Below are positions 1 to 8,594 of a stretch of DNA of 26,394 bases, piece after piece. Position numbers and translations under genes: made by a program. This DNA is from a virus (lineage: Duplodnaviria > Caudoviricetes): the IMG/VR virus record IMGVR_UViG_3300042556_001648, positions 1-26,394 of that record; one strand, given 5' to 3'. Position 1 is the first letter of the stretch. The number at the start of each line of letters is the position of its first letter. A model generated the notes under the pieces. The model had not been told where the DNA came from. It was given only the letters and a program-made list of their open reading frames with translations, and did no database searches.

Positions 1-1
1 A

Positions 2-655
2 GCGTGTGATCAAGGTTCCTCTTCATTTAGAAAGAATATATACCCAGAGTATAAAGCTAATCGTAAAGAGAAGTATGAACTACAAACTCCTGAAGAGAAA
101 GAGAAGTTTGATAGGTTCTTCAAAGATTTTGAAGATACACTTTTACTTCTAGCAGAGCATTATGAGGTACTACGCTATGAAAATGTTGAAGCGGATGATA
201 TTGCAGCTTATATTGTGGCTACTCTTAATTATGAGCATATCTGGCTTATATCTTCTGACAAGGACTGGGACTTACTCATATCCCCTTCCGTTTCAAGGTT
301 TAGTTATGTAACTAGAAAAGAAATAACAGAAGATAATTGGCCCTATGATTGTTCAAAAGAAAACTACTTAGGACTAAAATGTTTACAAGGTGACTCTGGA
401 GATAATATACTAGGAGTAGATGGCATAGGGCCAAAAAGAGCTATTACACTATTGGAACAATATGATGATATTTTTAGTATTATTGACCTTCTACCTTTAC
501 CTGGTAAACAAAAATTTATACAAAACCTCAATGCGTCTGGTACGTTGCTAGAACTTAACTTAAAATTAATGGATTTGCCTACATATTGCGAAGAAGCTAT
601 AGGTGAAGATAACATTCAAGACATTAAACGGAGATTAAAAATTGCTACTAATTGA
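2..655 (+). CDS. T5 D15-like flap endonuclease / 5'-3' exonuclease (5'-truncated by window edge)
   Basis: Frame is open from base 2 (ACDQGSSSFRKNIYPEYKANRKEKY...VEADDIAAYIV) into the 215..655 ORF. FEN motifs YKANR, EADD, SSDKD and GDSGDNILGVDGIGPKRA are present. Sits before dUTPase as in T5. Confidence 0.93.
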   Translation, partial: ACDQGSSSFRKNIYPEYKANRKEKYELQTPEEKEKFDRFFKDFEDTLLLLAEHYEVLRYENVEADDIAAYIVATLNYEHIWLISSDKDWDLLISPSVSRFSYVTRKEITEDNWPYDCSKENYLGLKCLQGDSGDNILGVDGIGPKRAITLLEQYDDIFSIIDLLPLPGKQKFIQNLNASGTLLELNLKLMDLPTYCEEAIGEDNIQDIKRRLKIATN

Positions 656-1070
656 ATATAATACAGATGATGTTGACCTAGTACCATGTAGAGCTCATGA
701 AACGGATGCTGGTGCCGACTTACGTGCTGCGGAGGACTATATTATTAGACCACATACTGCTGAACTAATCGATACTGGAATTCGTGTAGCTATACCCCCA
801 GGGTATTTTGGAATGGTAGTAAGTAGGTCTGGTCACGGGAAGCATCGCATTTCATTAGCAAATCGTGTAGGTATTATTGACTCTGACTATAGAGGTAATA
901 TTATGGTCAGACTAGAAAACTTGGGGGATGCTGACTTTGTTATTAAACGTCTTGATCGTGTAGCTCAGCTAGTACTTATTCCATGCCTATTACCAGATTT
1001 CGTACTATCTGAAGAATTGGATGAAACTGAACGTGGAGAAGGTGGTTTTGGAAGTACTGGAGTTAATTAA
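642..1070 (+). CDS. dut: trimeric dUTPase
   Basis: Motifs AGADL, SRSG, GIIDSDYRG, RVAQL, RGEGGFGSTG. TTG start with GGAG (630-633) 8 nt upstream. Confidence 0.96.
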   Translation: MLLIEYNTDDVDLVPCRAHETDAGADLRAAEDYIIRPHTAELIDTGIRVAIPPGYFGMVVSRSGHGKHRISLANRVGIIDSDYRGNIMVRLENLGDADFVIKRLDRVAQLVLIPCLLPDFVLSEELDETERGEGGFGSTGVN

Positions 1071-2449
1071 TGTATAAGGCATCAACTAGGGCTAGTGTAA
1101 TTACTAGAAGGACTTATAATAGACCACTTAATGATAAAGGTACGATATTCGAAACTTGGAAACAAACTGTAGCACGTGTTATAGACCATCAACAATGGTT
1201 GTGGGAACGGGCTAAAGGTTCTGATTTAAACGATAAAGAATTTGCAGAGTTATATGAGCTAGAAGAGCTTATGTTAGATCGTAAGCTTTCAATGAGTGGC
1301 AGAACTCTATGGTTAGGTGGTACTGATATTTCAAAGTACAGGGAAGCCAGTCAATTTAACTGCTCTTATACTAATATTGAAACTGTTTATGACATAGTAG
1401 ATAGTTTATGGTTACTACTACAGGGTTGCGGTCTAGGTGTACGACCTATTGTAGGAACTCTGAATGGCTTTGTTAACCCTATTGATGATATTCGTATCGT
1501 TCCTAGCACTAGAACTGCAAAAGGTGGGCTTGAATACAACGAGGAATTCTGGGATGCTGATACTAGGGTTTGGCGTATTAAAATTGGTGACTCTGCTGAA
1601 GCATGGGCCAAGTCTATTGGCAAGTTAATTGCTGGAAAATATCCTGCAAAAACTTTAATATTAGATTTTTCTGAGTTGCGCCCAGCAGGTGAGCGGTTAA
1701 AGGGTTACGGATGGATTAGCTCTGGATATCACGCTATTGCTAAAGCTTACAAAGCTATAGCGGAGATTTTATCTTCTAAAGCAGACTCATTACTATCCAG
1801 AATAGATATTATGGATATTATTAACTGGTTAGGTACTATTCTTAGTAGTCGTAGAAGTGCTGAAATTGTTATTTTTGAGTACGGTCAACCAGAGTGGCAA
1901 GAGTTCGCAGTAGCTAAAAAAGATTGGTGGCTACATGATAATGCGCATAGAACGCAGTCTAATAACTCTCTACTATTCAAGGAAAAACCAACAATTAAAG
2001 AACTGCGCGATATATTCCAGATTATGGAAGAAGCAGGTGGTTCTGAGCCTGGATTTATTAATGGTGAAGAGGCTCTGCGTCGTGCTCCTTGGTTCCAAGG
2101 CTGTAATCCATGTGTAGAGATTTTACTTGGGTCTAAATCCTTCTGTAACCTAACAGAAATTGATATAGGTAAGTTCAAGAAGAATGCATCTGGACTACAT
2201 AGAGCTGCCTACTTAGCTGCTAGAGCTAACTATAGACAGACTTGTGTAAATCTTAAAGATGGAATTTTACAAGAATCATGGCATCTTAATAATGCTTTCC
2301 TAAGACTATGTGGGGTTGGACTAACTGGTATTGCTAAGCGACCTGATATGAAGGCGTATGACTACCAATATTTACAGCGTACAGCTACTTCTGCGGCTAT
2401 TGGGATGGCAGATGAGCTTAGGCTTCCACATCCAAAGAATGTCACGACT
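1070..2449 (+). CDS. nrdJ: class II (adenosylcobalamin-dependent, monomeric RTPR-type) ribonucleotide reductase, exon 1
   Basis: Motifs SGRTLW, FNCSY, RRSAEI, GCNPCVEI, FCNLTEI. The reading frame ends ...KNVTT at 2449, immediately followed by TAA (first bases of the intron). Confidence 0.92.
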
Positions 2450-2464
2450 TAACGAAAAAAGTAC

Positions 2465-2493
2465 TTGAAATTTATAACCACTATAAGTATAAT
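2465..2493 (+). promoter_or_regulatory. sigma70-type promoter inside the intron, driving the HNH gene
   Basis: TTGAAA (2465-2470), 17 bp spacer, TATAAT (2488-2493), with an A6 tract upstream. GGAGG at 2503-2507. Confidence 0.8.
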
Positions 2494-2518
2494 TATATTT
2501 ATGGAGGTAATAAAATTT
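2468..2518 (+). promoter_or_regulatory. RNA hairpin sequestering the HNH ribosome-binding site
   Basis: 2468-2490 pairs with 2495-2518: 21 pairs including 2 G-U, 2 A-A mismatches, 1 bulge and an AAUU loop. The 3' arm contains GGAGG. Confidence 0.65.
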
Positions 2519-2519
2519 T

Positions 2520-3455
2520 ATGACGTATAATGTAGATAAAGCAATAAACAATTTTGGTAAAGATAGAGTTCTGGAGCTAATATTTAGTGAAGGGTTAACT
2601 CAAGTTGAGTTACACAAACTATTAGGGTTAAGTACTTCTGATAGTAGGTTAAATAGTTCAGTTTATAGTAGGATTTATAAAACTCTAGGAATAAGTGAGC
2701 TACCATACAGTAGATTGTCTTCTAAAGATAGAAAATTTCAATTACAGCTAGATAGAAGTATGCCTGAATATTGGAATAATCTCTATCTAGTAGAAAACCT
2801 ACTAGATAGACTAAGTAAGCCTACGATTAATAAATCAGGTACTAACATTAGATATGTTATAAACTTTCCTAGGCATCCTAGAAGTAATAAGGATTCTAAT
2901 CAGGTAAAAGCTCATATAGTAGCTTGGGAGATTTATAATAAATGTTATCTGCCTGATAACTATAGAGTAATAGCTATAGATGGTAACTACTTAAATCTGC
3001 TTGAAGATAACTTAACTGTGGTTGAGACTGTTAAGCATAGAAGTGATAGTATGCTTGGAGATAATAATCCACAGTTTCTACATGGTATGTCTGGTAGACC
3101 TAAGCTAGGTGGTTGGAACTCTATATCAAAATTAAAAATTGCTAAAGATGGTAAGTGTGCTATATGTGATAGCACTAAGGATTTATTAGTACATCATGTA
3201 ATTAACTATAATTTATTTATAAACTATATTGATGCTAATAAAGAGGTAAACTTACTAACATTATGTAGGCCATGTCATGGTCTTATTCATACAAAAAACT
3301 CAAGTATTAAGGTCCATATTGAGGCGACTCAATATAGCAAATTACTCGAATTGCTGGAAACTCTCAAGAGCCAAGTTCCAGACTCCTTAATGGAAACATA
3401 TAAGGTAGTAGAAAAGCAACTTGGACTAACAGACAATCAGCAGGCAAGACCCTAA
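2520..3455 (+). CDS. intron-encoded HNH homing endonuclease
   Basis: C-terminal CAIC...VHH...N...NLLTLCRPCHGLIH zinc-binding HNH motif. An upstream degenerate HNH-like segment (AHIVAWE...IDGNYLN...DNL) and a GDNNP motif are also present. Lies within the intron. Confidence 0.9.
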   Translation: MTYNVDKAINNFGKDRVLELIFSEGLTQVELHKLLGLSTSDSRLNSSVYSRIYKTLGISELPYSRLSSKDRKFQLQLDRSMPEYWNNLYLVENLLDRLSKPTINKSGTNIRYVINFPRHPRSNKDSNQVKAHIVAWEIYNKCYLPDNYRVIAIDGNYLNLLEDNLTVVETVKHRSDSMLGDNNPQFLHGMSGRPKLGGWNSISKLKIAKDGKCAICDSTKDLLVHHVINYNLFINYIDANKEVNLLTLCRPCHGLIHTKNSSIKVHIEATQYSKLLELLETLKSQVPDSLMETYKVVEKQLGLTDNQQARP

Positions 3456-3612
3456 GGATTATTAATCTATGGGTAAGCTTCAACGACTATCCATTATGGA
3501 GTAGGGTCAAGAGACTCGAAGCGGGTAACTACTCAAGTAGTAGATGATATAGTCTGAGCTATATAGAGATATATAGAGAATAAGTGGAATCGACTTATTC
3601 GTAACATAACTG
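3310..3612 (+). ncRNA. group I ribozyme catalytic core
   Basis: IGS AGGTC 3310-3314 pairs GACT|T with a U-G wobble at the splice site. P2 ATATTGAG-GCGA-CTCAATAT 3316-3335. P3 TTACTCG 3342-3348 / CGGGTAA 3522-3528. P4 TTGCTG 3351-3356 / CAGCAG 3438-3443. P7 GACTAT 3485-3490 / ATAGTC 3549-3554. Two extra hairpins between P7 and P3' (P7.1, P7.2). P9 CTATATA-GAGA-TATATAG 3559-3576. P9.1 3578-3600. Confidence 0.92.
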
Positions 3613-4200
3613 GTAAAACCAAGCGGTACATTAAGTAAGATTATGGACACAACAGAAGGTGCCCATATGCCTTTAGGTAAGTACATTTTTAATAATGTAC
3701 AATTTAGTAAATTCGACCCTGTAGTAGAAAAGTTACGTGAGGCTAACTATAACGTTATTAATCACCCAACTGATGATTCAGGTGTTCTAGTAACCTTTCC
3801 AGTTCGCTGGGATGATGTTCCTTTCCATAAAGTAAATGGAAAAGAAGTAAATCTAGAAAGTGCTATTGATCAGCTAGAGCGTTATAAACTGCTACAGAAG
3901 AATTGGACGCAGCAGAATACTTCTGTAACTATTAGTTATGATCCTAGTGAAGTTGAGGATATTGTACATTGGTTATTTGATAATTGGGATATTTATGTAG
4001 GTGTTAGCTTCTTATATAGAACTGACCCAACTAAAACTGCAAAAGATCTTGGTTATTTATATCTACCTCAAGAGGTAGTAACAGAAGACGAGTATAATAG
4101 GTACGTTGCTACATTACTAGAAGTGGACTTGGAGTCAGCTAATTCCTTTGATGAATTACGTGATGAGGGGTGTGCTACCGGTGCTTGTCCAATTAGATAA
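3613..4200 (+). CDS. nrdJ: class II ribonucleotide reductase, exon 2 (spliced protein 655 aa)
   Basis: VKPSGTLSKIMDTTEG..., QQNTSVTISY, YLPQE, and the C-terminal redox pair CATGACPIR. In frame with the 3643..4200 ORF. Confidence 0.92.
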   Translation, partial: VKPSGTLSKIMDTTEGAHMPLGKYIFNNVQFSKFDPVVEKLREANYNVINHPTDDSGVLVTFPVRWDDVPFHKVNGKEVNLESAIDQLERYKLLQKNWTQQNTSVTISYDPSEVEDIVHWLFDNWDIYVGVSFLYRTDPTKTAKDLGYLYLPQEVVTEDEYNRYVATLLEVDLESANSFDELRDEGCATGACPIR

Positions 4201-4430
4201 TGGATAAGTTACTTGAAGAACTAAAACCTTTACAGTTAAGGCCGAAAGCCTTGTACTGTACTGGTAGTAGTAATTGCTGGTGTTTCAAGCTAGAAACAAG
4301 GCTGCCGAGTCATGCAGATTATGATATATGTATGACACCAAAAGAGTTATTAGAAATGTATAGTTCTGAACTAACGTCTAATGATATTAATTATTTAAAA
4401 AGTATTGAATCTAGGGAGTGTATATGGTAG
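4200..4430 (+). CDS. small Cys-rich hypothetical protein (CWC motif)
   Basis: Start overlaps the nrdJ stop (TAATG). Contains CxxxxxCWC...C. Confidence 0.65.
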   Translation: MDKLLEELKPLQLRPKALYCTGSSNCWCFKLETRLPSHADYDICMTPKELLEMYSSELTSNDINYLKSIESRECIW

Positions 4431-4606
4431 AATTTAAGTTTAATATTGGTAGTGAAGTATATCATGGTCGTACAGGTATTGGTGGCTATGTGATTGGTCT
4501 ATATCAGAATAGAACAGGTGCACTAGTATCAGAAATAGAATATGTTACAGAAAATGGTAGTGTACAAACAATGTGGTGGCCCGAAGCTGAGCTAGAATTG
4601 ATGTAA
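4424..4606 (+). CDS. small hypothetical protein (SH3-like beta fold likely)
   Basis: ATG at 4424 with GGGAG at 4414-4418, preferred over the GTG at 4418. FKFNIGSEV...W..E.EL pattern is common in small phage proteins. Ends at the terminator. Confidence 0.65.
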   Translation: MVEFKFNIGSEVYHGRTGIGGYVIGLYQNRTGALVSEIEYVTENGSVQTMWWPEAELELM

Positions 4607-4607
4607 T

Positions 4608-4645
4608 AAAAAAGCCCTAACAGATTATTCTGTTAGGGCTTTTTT
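4608..4645. terminator. bidirectional intrinsic terminator
   Basis: Perfect inverted repeat AAAAAAGCCCTAACAGA-TTAT-TCTGTTAGGGCTTTTTT between convergent operons. Confidence 0.93.
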
Positions 4646-5097
4646 TATGCTACAAGACCTATCTTATAAATGGTACTACCATTTTCTTTTACTGCTGTTA
4701 ATACTTGCTGTTTACTACCATAAGAGATATGTACCCATCCCGACTCTACATCACCAGGAGTATAAAATTCTAGTATAAGTTGCTTAAACTTTAAGTTTTG
4801 TTCACACCACTTAGCTAACATATAGTTGGATAAATTAGGTACCTCAATATCAGCTGCAAGACCAAGTACATGATCAGAAGTTTTTGACCCACCTATAGCT
4901 ACATTTAATTGTGGACTTCTATATCCACTATTAATTATAACTGTACCAAATTCATCTCTAATAGGTTGCAATAGCTTCGTAGTTAGTAGCATTAAATTAT
5001 TAACTACTAAACTAGATGGTGTATTATCTATACTATTACGACTAGCATAATCACTTTTAGTCAACTCTTTTAATGTGAAGTTTTTACTTAGTTGCAT
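4645..5097 (-). CDS. endolysin, peptidase M15A-type zinc peptidase
   Basis: SGYRSPQLNVAIGG...SDHVLGLAADI...WVHIS. Adjacent to the spanins and holin. Confidence 0.9.
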   Translation of the reverse strand: MQLSKNFTLKELTKSDYASRNSIDNTPSSLVVNNLMLLTTKLLQPIRDEFGTVIINSGYRSPQLNVAIGGSKTSDHVLGLAADIEVPNLSNYMLAKWCEQNLKFKQLILEFYTPGDVESGWVHISYGSKQQVLTAVKENGSTIYKIGLVA

Positions 5098-5341
5098 TGA
5101 ATTCCTTTAAATAATTTTTGTACGAGTTTACCAAACCTTCATGCTTACCATAACATTCTTCAAAAGCCTTCCTATCTTTAGCCTTTTGTGCTAATACATC
5201 CTCCCAACTAGTAAATGGTTTTTCTAATATAGACTGTGTACAGCTAGAGATTAGGTAAGAATCAAATTGTGGTGCTTTAGGTACTGGAGCACAGCAGCCA
5301 GCAAGTAATGCACTACTCAGTATCAGGCTTTTTAGTAACAT
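5084..5341 (-). CDS. o-spanin (Rz1-like lipoprotein)
   Basis: Signal peptide with lipobox LLAG-C and a Pro-rich start of the mature chain. Overlaps the 3' end of the i-spanin. Confidence 0.8.
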   Translation of the reverse strand: MLLKSLILSSALLAGCCAPVPKAPQFDSYLISSCTQSILEKPFTSWEDVLAQKAKDRKAFEECYGKHEGLVNSYKNYLKEFNATK

Positions 5342-5666
5342 TATCTATTTCACTCCATATTTTTGAAAAGTCCTCAGAAGGTGTACAAGGTACATTGGTA
5401 AGTGGTTTCTGTTTTACCTTACCCATAATAACAGAAAGTCTAGAGTCTATTTCCAGCATATTAGTATGTGCTAGTATAGCTTCTGTTTCTGAAAATTGGC
5501 GGACTTTATCTAGCTTACCTTGAATAAGTTCAAATTGTTGTAGTCTTTCTAGTTCGACCTTATCTGCTTTATAAGTATAACCACTAGTGAACCCTAATAC
5601 TAAAGCTACTAATATTGACATAAGTATTTGGAAGTATTTATTTTTCAGTATTGTTATTAGTTCCAT
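5313..5666 (-). CDS. i-spanin (Rz-like)
   Basis: Single N-terminal TM (ILMSILVALVLGFTSGY), helical periplasmic part and a late Cys. Directly upstream of the lipoprotein. Confidence 0.78.
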   Translation of the reverse strand: MELITILKNKYFQILMSILVALVLGFTSGYTYKADKVELERLQQFELIQGKLDKVRQFSETEAILAHTNMLEIDSRLSVIMGKVKQKPLTNVPCTPSEDFSKIWSEIDNVTKKPDTE

Positions 5667-5892
5667 ACTTAGCTCCTAGAAATTTATTTGCAAATTTGTT
5701 GCCGGTTACTATTCCCATATAAGCTAGTGTATACCACGCTAATCCTTCTAAATTAACTGTGGTAGCTAATGATGCCTTATATGAAGCATATAGAAATACA
5801 GTTGTTGCAGCCGTATTTGCTATATTAAACCATACTCTTGAACTAGATAATTTGCCACCAGGCTCATCCTTAACTATGTCTACTATGGCCAT
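5638..5892 (-). CDS. putative holin (two TM segments)
   Basis: GKLSSSRVW followed by two hydrophobic helices and a basic C-terminus. ATG at 5892 overlaps the fibre stop and is preferred over 5916. First gene of the lysis cluster. Confidence 0.65.
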   Translation of the reverse strand: MAIVDIVKDEPGGKLSSSRVWFNIANTAATTVFLYASYKASLATTVNLEGLAWYTLAYMGIVTGNKFANKFLGAKYGTNNNTEK

Positions 5893-7082
5893 GTTACTAT
5901 AGCTGCGCGTTTCCATACGTCAGTAGCTATACATACATATATATAGCTAGCATCCCAACATATTTGTCCTTTAGTACCCGTAGCAGTTGCAGAGGCTGGG
6001 GTTTTCTCAGTAGCTATATTAATATTATCACTATTAAATATAGGACCAGTAGACTTTAAAGTAAATCTAGTAGTAGGAGTTTGAGAACCATCGTTAGATA
6101 TAGCTACTTCATATCTAGTAGGCATATCATCTGCACCTGGTGTGCCATCTACAATAAATTTAGCAGAACCACCTAAAGCATAGTCTACTCCATCATATCC
6201 AGCAGCAAAATCAGCTGATAAAGTATCTCCATTCAATACTATTGTTGGTGAGGATAAAGTACCACGTGCTCTAGCCCCATAATAATCTGCACCACCATCT
6301 GCCTGAACACTATTAGCATTATAAGTTGCTAACATAGGGCCTGGAGCCTGTCTTCCTATTCCAAGGTTAGCTGCTTGTTCTACACCATTCACTCGTAGAA
6401 AGTTATAGCTATTCAGTGCATAGTTTAAGTTAAATGCTATAGGGAATGCTCCTCTATAGTCAGTCCACGTAGTTACATTACTCGCATCTGTAGTGAGCGT
6501 ATATAAGGGCATACACACTGGGAAGTGGAACACATGAGTTTTACCTACTATAGCAGTACCTTCCCACGGAGTAACTTTAGCTATAGTGCCCCCAGAAGTC
6601 CATGCATTCCATCCAGTAGAAACTATATCAGTAGTTAATGTATAAGGCCCAGATCCACTTATAGTAGTTACCTTAAAAAAAGTACCTTGCGCATTAGTTG
6701 GAGAAGCAATTCCTGTACTTAAATATCCTACATCTCCAATAGCGAAACTATTAGTAGCTACGGTAATTTGTGCTGCCGCTGCTATACTAAAACCAGTAAT
6801 GTTAGTAGTAGTAGCACTTACTCTACCTATTTCTAGATGAATATTCGCAGCTCTATTAGGAGGTATACTTGTTATAGTGCCATCAGCTACTTGAGTAGAC
6901 GCATTATCTACTAGTATAGTGCCACCATAATATTGCCAGCTAAGACCAGATGTAGGTATGTCCTTTCTCGCAAAGGACATAGATGGACTAGCCGCTCTGA
7001 AATTAGCATTAGCTGTTATTTCTTTTTGAGCTTGAGAAGATACTATCTCCGTTAGCTGCGCTGTTAATGTTGAATTTGCCAT
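5883..7082 (-). CDS. tail fibre / receptor-binding protein with DUF2793-like N-terminus
   Basis: N-terminal SQAQKEITAN resembles the SQAQKHVTHN motif of fibres that follow GTA-type tips. C-terminal GTKGQICWDASYIYVCIATDVWKR motif is common in phage fibres. Confidence 0.75.
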   Translation of the reverse strand: MANSTLTAQLTEIVSSQAQKEITANANFRAASPSMSFARKDIPTSGLSWQYYGGTILVDNASTQVADGTITSIPPNRAANIHLEIGRVSATTTNITGFSIAAAAQITVATNSFAIGDVGYLSTGIASPTNAQGTFFKVTTISGSGPYTLTTDIVSTGWNAWTSGGTIAKVTPWEGTAIVGKTHVFHFPVCMPLYTLTTDASNVTTWTDYRGAFPIAFNLNYALNSYNFLRVNGVEQAANLGIGRQAPGPMLATYNANSVQADGGADYYGARARGTLSSPTIVLNGDTLSADFAAGYDGVDYALGGSAKFIVDGTPGADDMPTRYEVAISNDGSQTPTTRFTLKSTGPIFNSDNINIATEKTPASATATGTKGQICWDASYIYVCIATDVWKRAAIVTWP

Positions 7083-7091
7083 TTTTATCCT

Positions 7092-8594
7092 TTATGCTAC
7101 TGTTAGCATTATGTCTTGGAATCTGCCAAAACCTACCGTAGCTGAAACTTGTGATATTCTTATATAGATAGTAATTTTTTGACTACCATCTATTAATTGA
7201 CTAGCAGAGGTATAGTTATACTTATATGAACCATCTCCAACTATTGTAAAATTAGGTGAACCGCTTACTAATGCATCTAGTGTAGTACTATTAGTATTAT
7301 AAAAATCAGTTCTATTATTTGCAATTGTATCAAAAGCGTTAGTTTTAAAAAATTCTATTCTCCATTTATCTACCACTTCACTCTGTGGTATGTCAGAATA
7401 GTCATTCCAACCAGCGTTTATTCTATCTCTACGTACCCATTTAATAATTATATCATATGCTCCAGTAGTGGCTGTTCTATACGCACTAATATTAATAGGT
7501 GTTAAAGGTCTTAATCTTTCCCCTACATAAGTTTTGTTAACTGTAGCAGAACCCTCTAGACTTTCACCAACTGGTACACATTTATATGCTATAGATGAGT
7601 TTAATTCAGCAGAAGGTACTATTAGATTATTAATTGTAGCACCAAGTAAAACTACAGTATCTGTAGCCTGATGAGTACCTACAGCCCATTCTGTACCCTT
7701 TCTACCTCTCAATAAACCACTTAATGTATAACTTCCTGCAGAAGCCCCTGGAGTAGCTGTTCTGAACTGTACTAATTCCCATCTACCTGGAGCACCAACT
7801 AAAATAGAATTTGCTCCACCCAAAACCGCTAAATCAGTAGCAGAAGATAATGAACCAGTATTCATACTTACGGTTAGTGTATTTATATTATCCCAACAAG
7901 TAGTACTACCACTAGGTAGTGCATTTGAAGTAGATCCTGTGTGTGTTGCTAATAAACTAGGTACGTAACCAGAGGTTAGATACGTAGCTCCACCATCTAA
8001 TGATTTGAATAGTGTGGCACCAGCCCAACCAGTCGAATATCCACCAATACCGTAGTACCATCCAAGGCTATTATCTTCGTCTCTTAGAATACAACAGTCC
8101 AGCATTGATAGTATACTTGGACCCGCTATAGTTAACGTAGTAGGTGTATATGTAGTATTATTACCAGAAACTAAAGAGTTATATAAAGAAGGTATTTCTG
8201 GTACTGCTTCATAGTTTATTAAACCGGTAGGGCCATACTCTATACTGGTTATCTTTACTAATTCAGTTCTACCAGTATTTAACGGTATAGTAATTAAATC
8301 TCCTGGTGATAACTTTAAGTGTACATAAGTTGTAGAAAAACTATAAGAATATCTTCCAGAATACCATGCAGAATTCAATGCTATATCAGCAATTTTAGCC
8401 GCTTCAGAAGAAGTTAGCGCAATTGGTAGGCTTATTGCAACTTTATTCTCATGAGTAGCAGTAAGTCTTCTAGCATACTCTGTTCCAATCTGATAGTCAT
8501 TATCTACATTAGAATAACTCACAGATACTTCTGATGGGAATTCTAGTTCATTTTTTCTAACTGAGGTTATTAGTTCTTTCGTTTCATCAATCAT
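7092..8594 (-). CDS. C-terminal half of GTA g15/'megatron'-type central tail protein
   Basis: RKNELEFPSEVSVSY...DYQ, L.PGD.I, GANSILVG...WELVQF, LSGLLRGRKGTE, WVRRDR, QVSATVGFG. ATG at 8594 overlaps the upstream stop (ATGATTGA). The frame also allows TTG at 8609. Confidence 0.85.
   Translation of the reverse strand: MIDETKELITSVRKNELEFPSEVSVSYSNVDNDYQIGTEYARRLTATHENKVAISLPIALTSSEAAKIADIALNSAWYSGRYSYSFSTTYVHLKLSPGDLITIPLNTGRTELVKITSIEYGPTGLINYEAVPEIPSLYNSLVSGNNTTYTPTTLTIAGPSILSMLDCCILRDEDNSLGWYYGIGGYSTGWAGATLFKSLDGGATYLTSGYVPSLLATHTGSTSNALPSGSTTCWDNINTLTVSMNTGSLSSATDLAVLGGANSILVGAPGRWELVQFRTATPGASAGSYTLSGLLRGRKGTEWAVGTHQATDTVVLLGATINNLIVPSAELNSSIAYKCVPVGESLEGSATVNKTYVGERLRPLTPINISAYRTATTGAYDIIIKWVRRDRINAGWNDYSDIPQSEVVDKWRIEFFKTNAFDTIANNRTDFYNTNSTTLDALVSGSPNFTIVGDGSYKYNYTSASQLIDGSQKITIYIRISQVSATVGFGRFQDIMLTVA

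Larger units (their letters stand above)
2450..3612 (+). mobile_element. group I intron (IA2-like) with homing endonuclease ORF in loop L1
   Basis: Exon 1 ends in U (ACT, 2449) and the intron ends in G (3612). Removal gives ACG ACT|GTA AAA CCA AGC GGT ACA, restoring the conserved TTVKPSGT motif in frame. The ribozyme core is visible at 3310-3612. Confidence 0.93.

Noticed and set aside
364-3175. Short alternative-frame or antisense ORFs (364-615, 1387-1623, 1885-2178, 1935-2117, 2987-3175)
   Set aside because: They lie wholly within well-supported genes and show no recognisable motifs; they are shadow ORFs.
1070-4200. nrdJ as a pseudogene, an intein-containing gene or a naturally two-gene split RNR
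   Set aside because: A complete group I core and exact U/G splice boundaries restore the frame. An in-frame stop and the lack of intein terminal residues exclude an intein.
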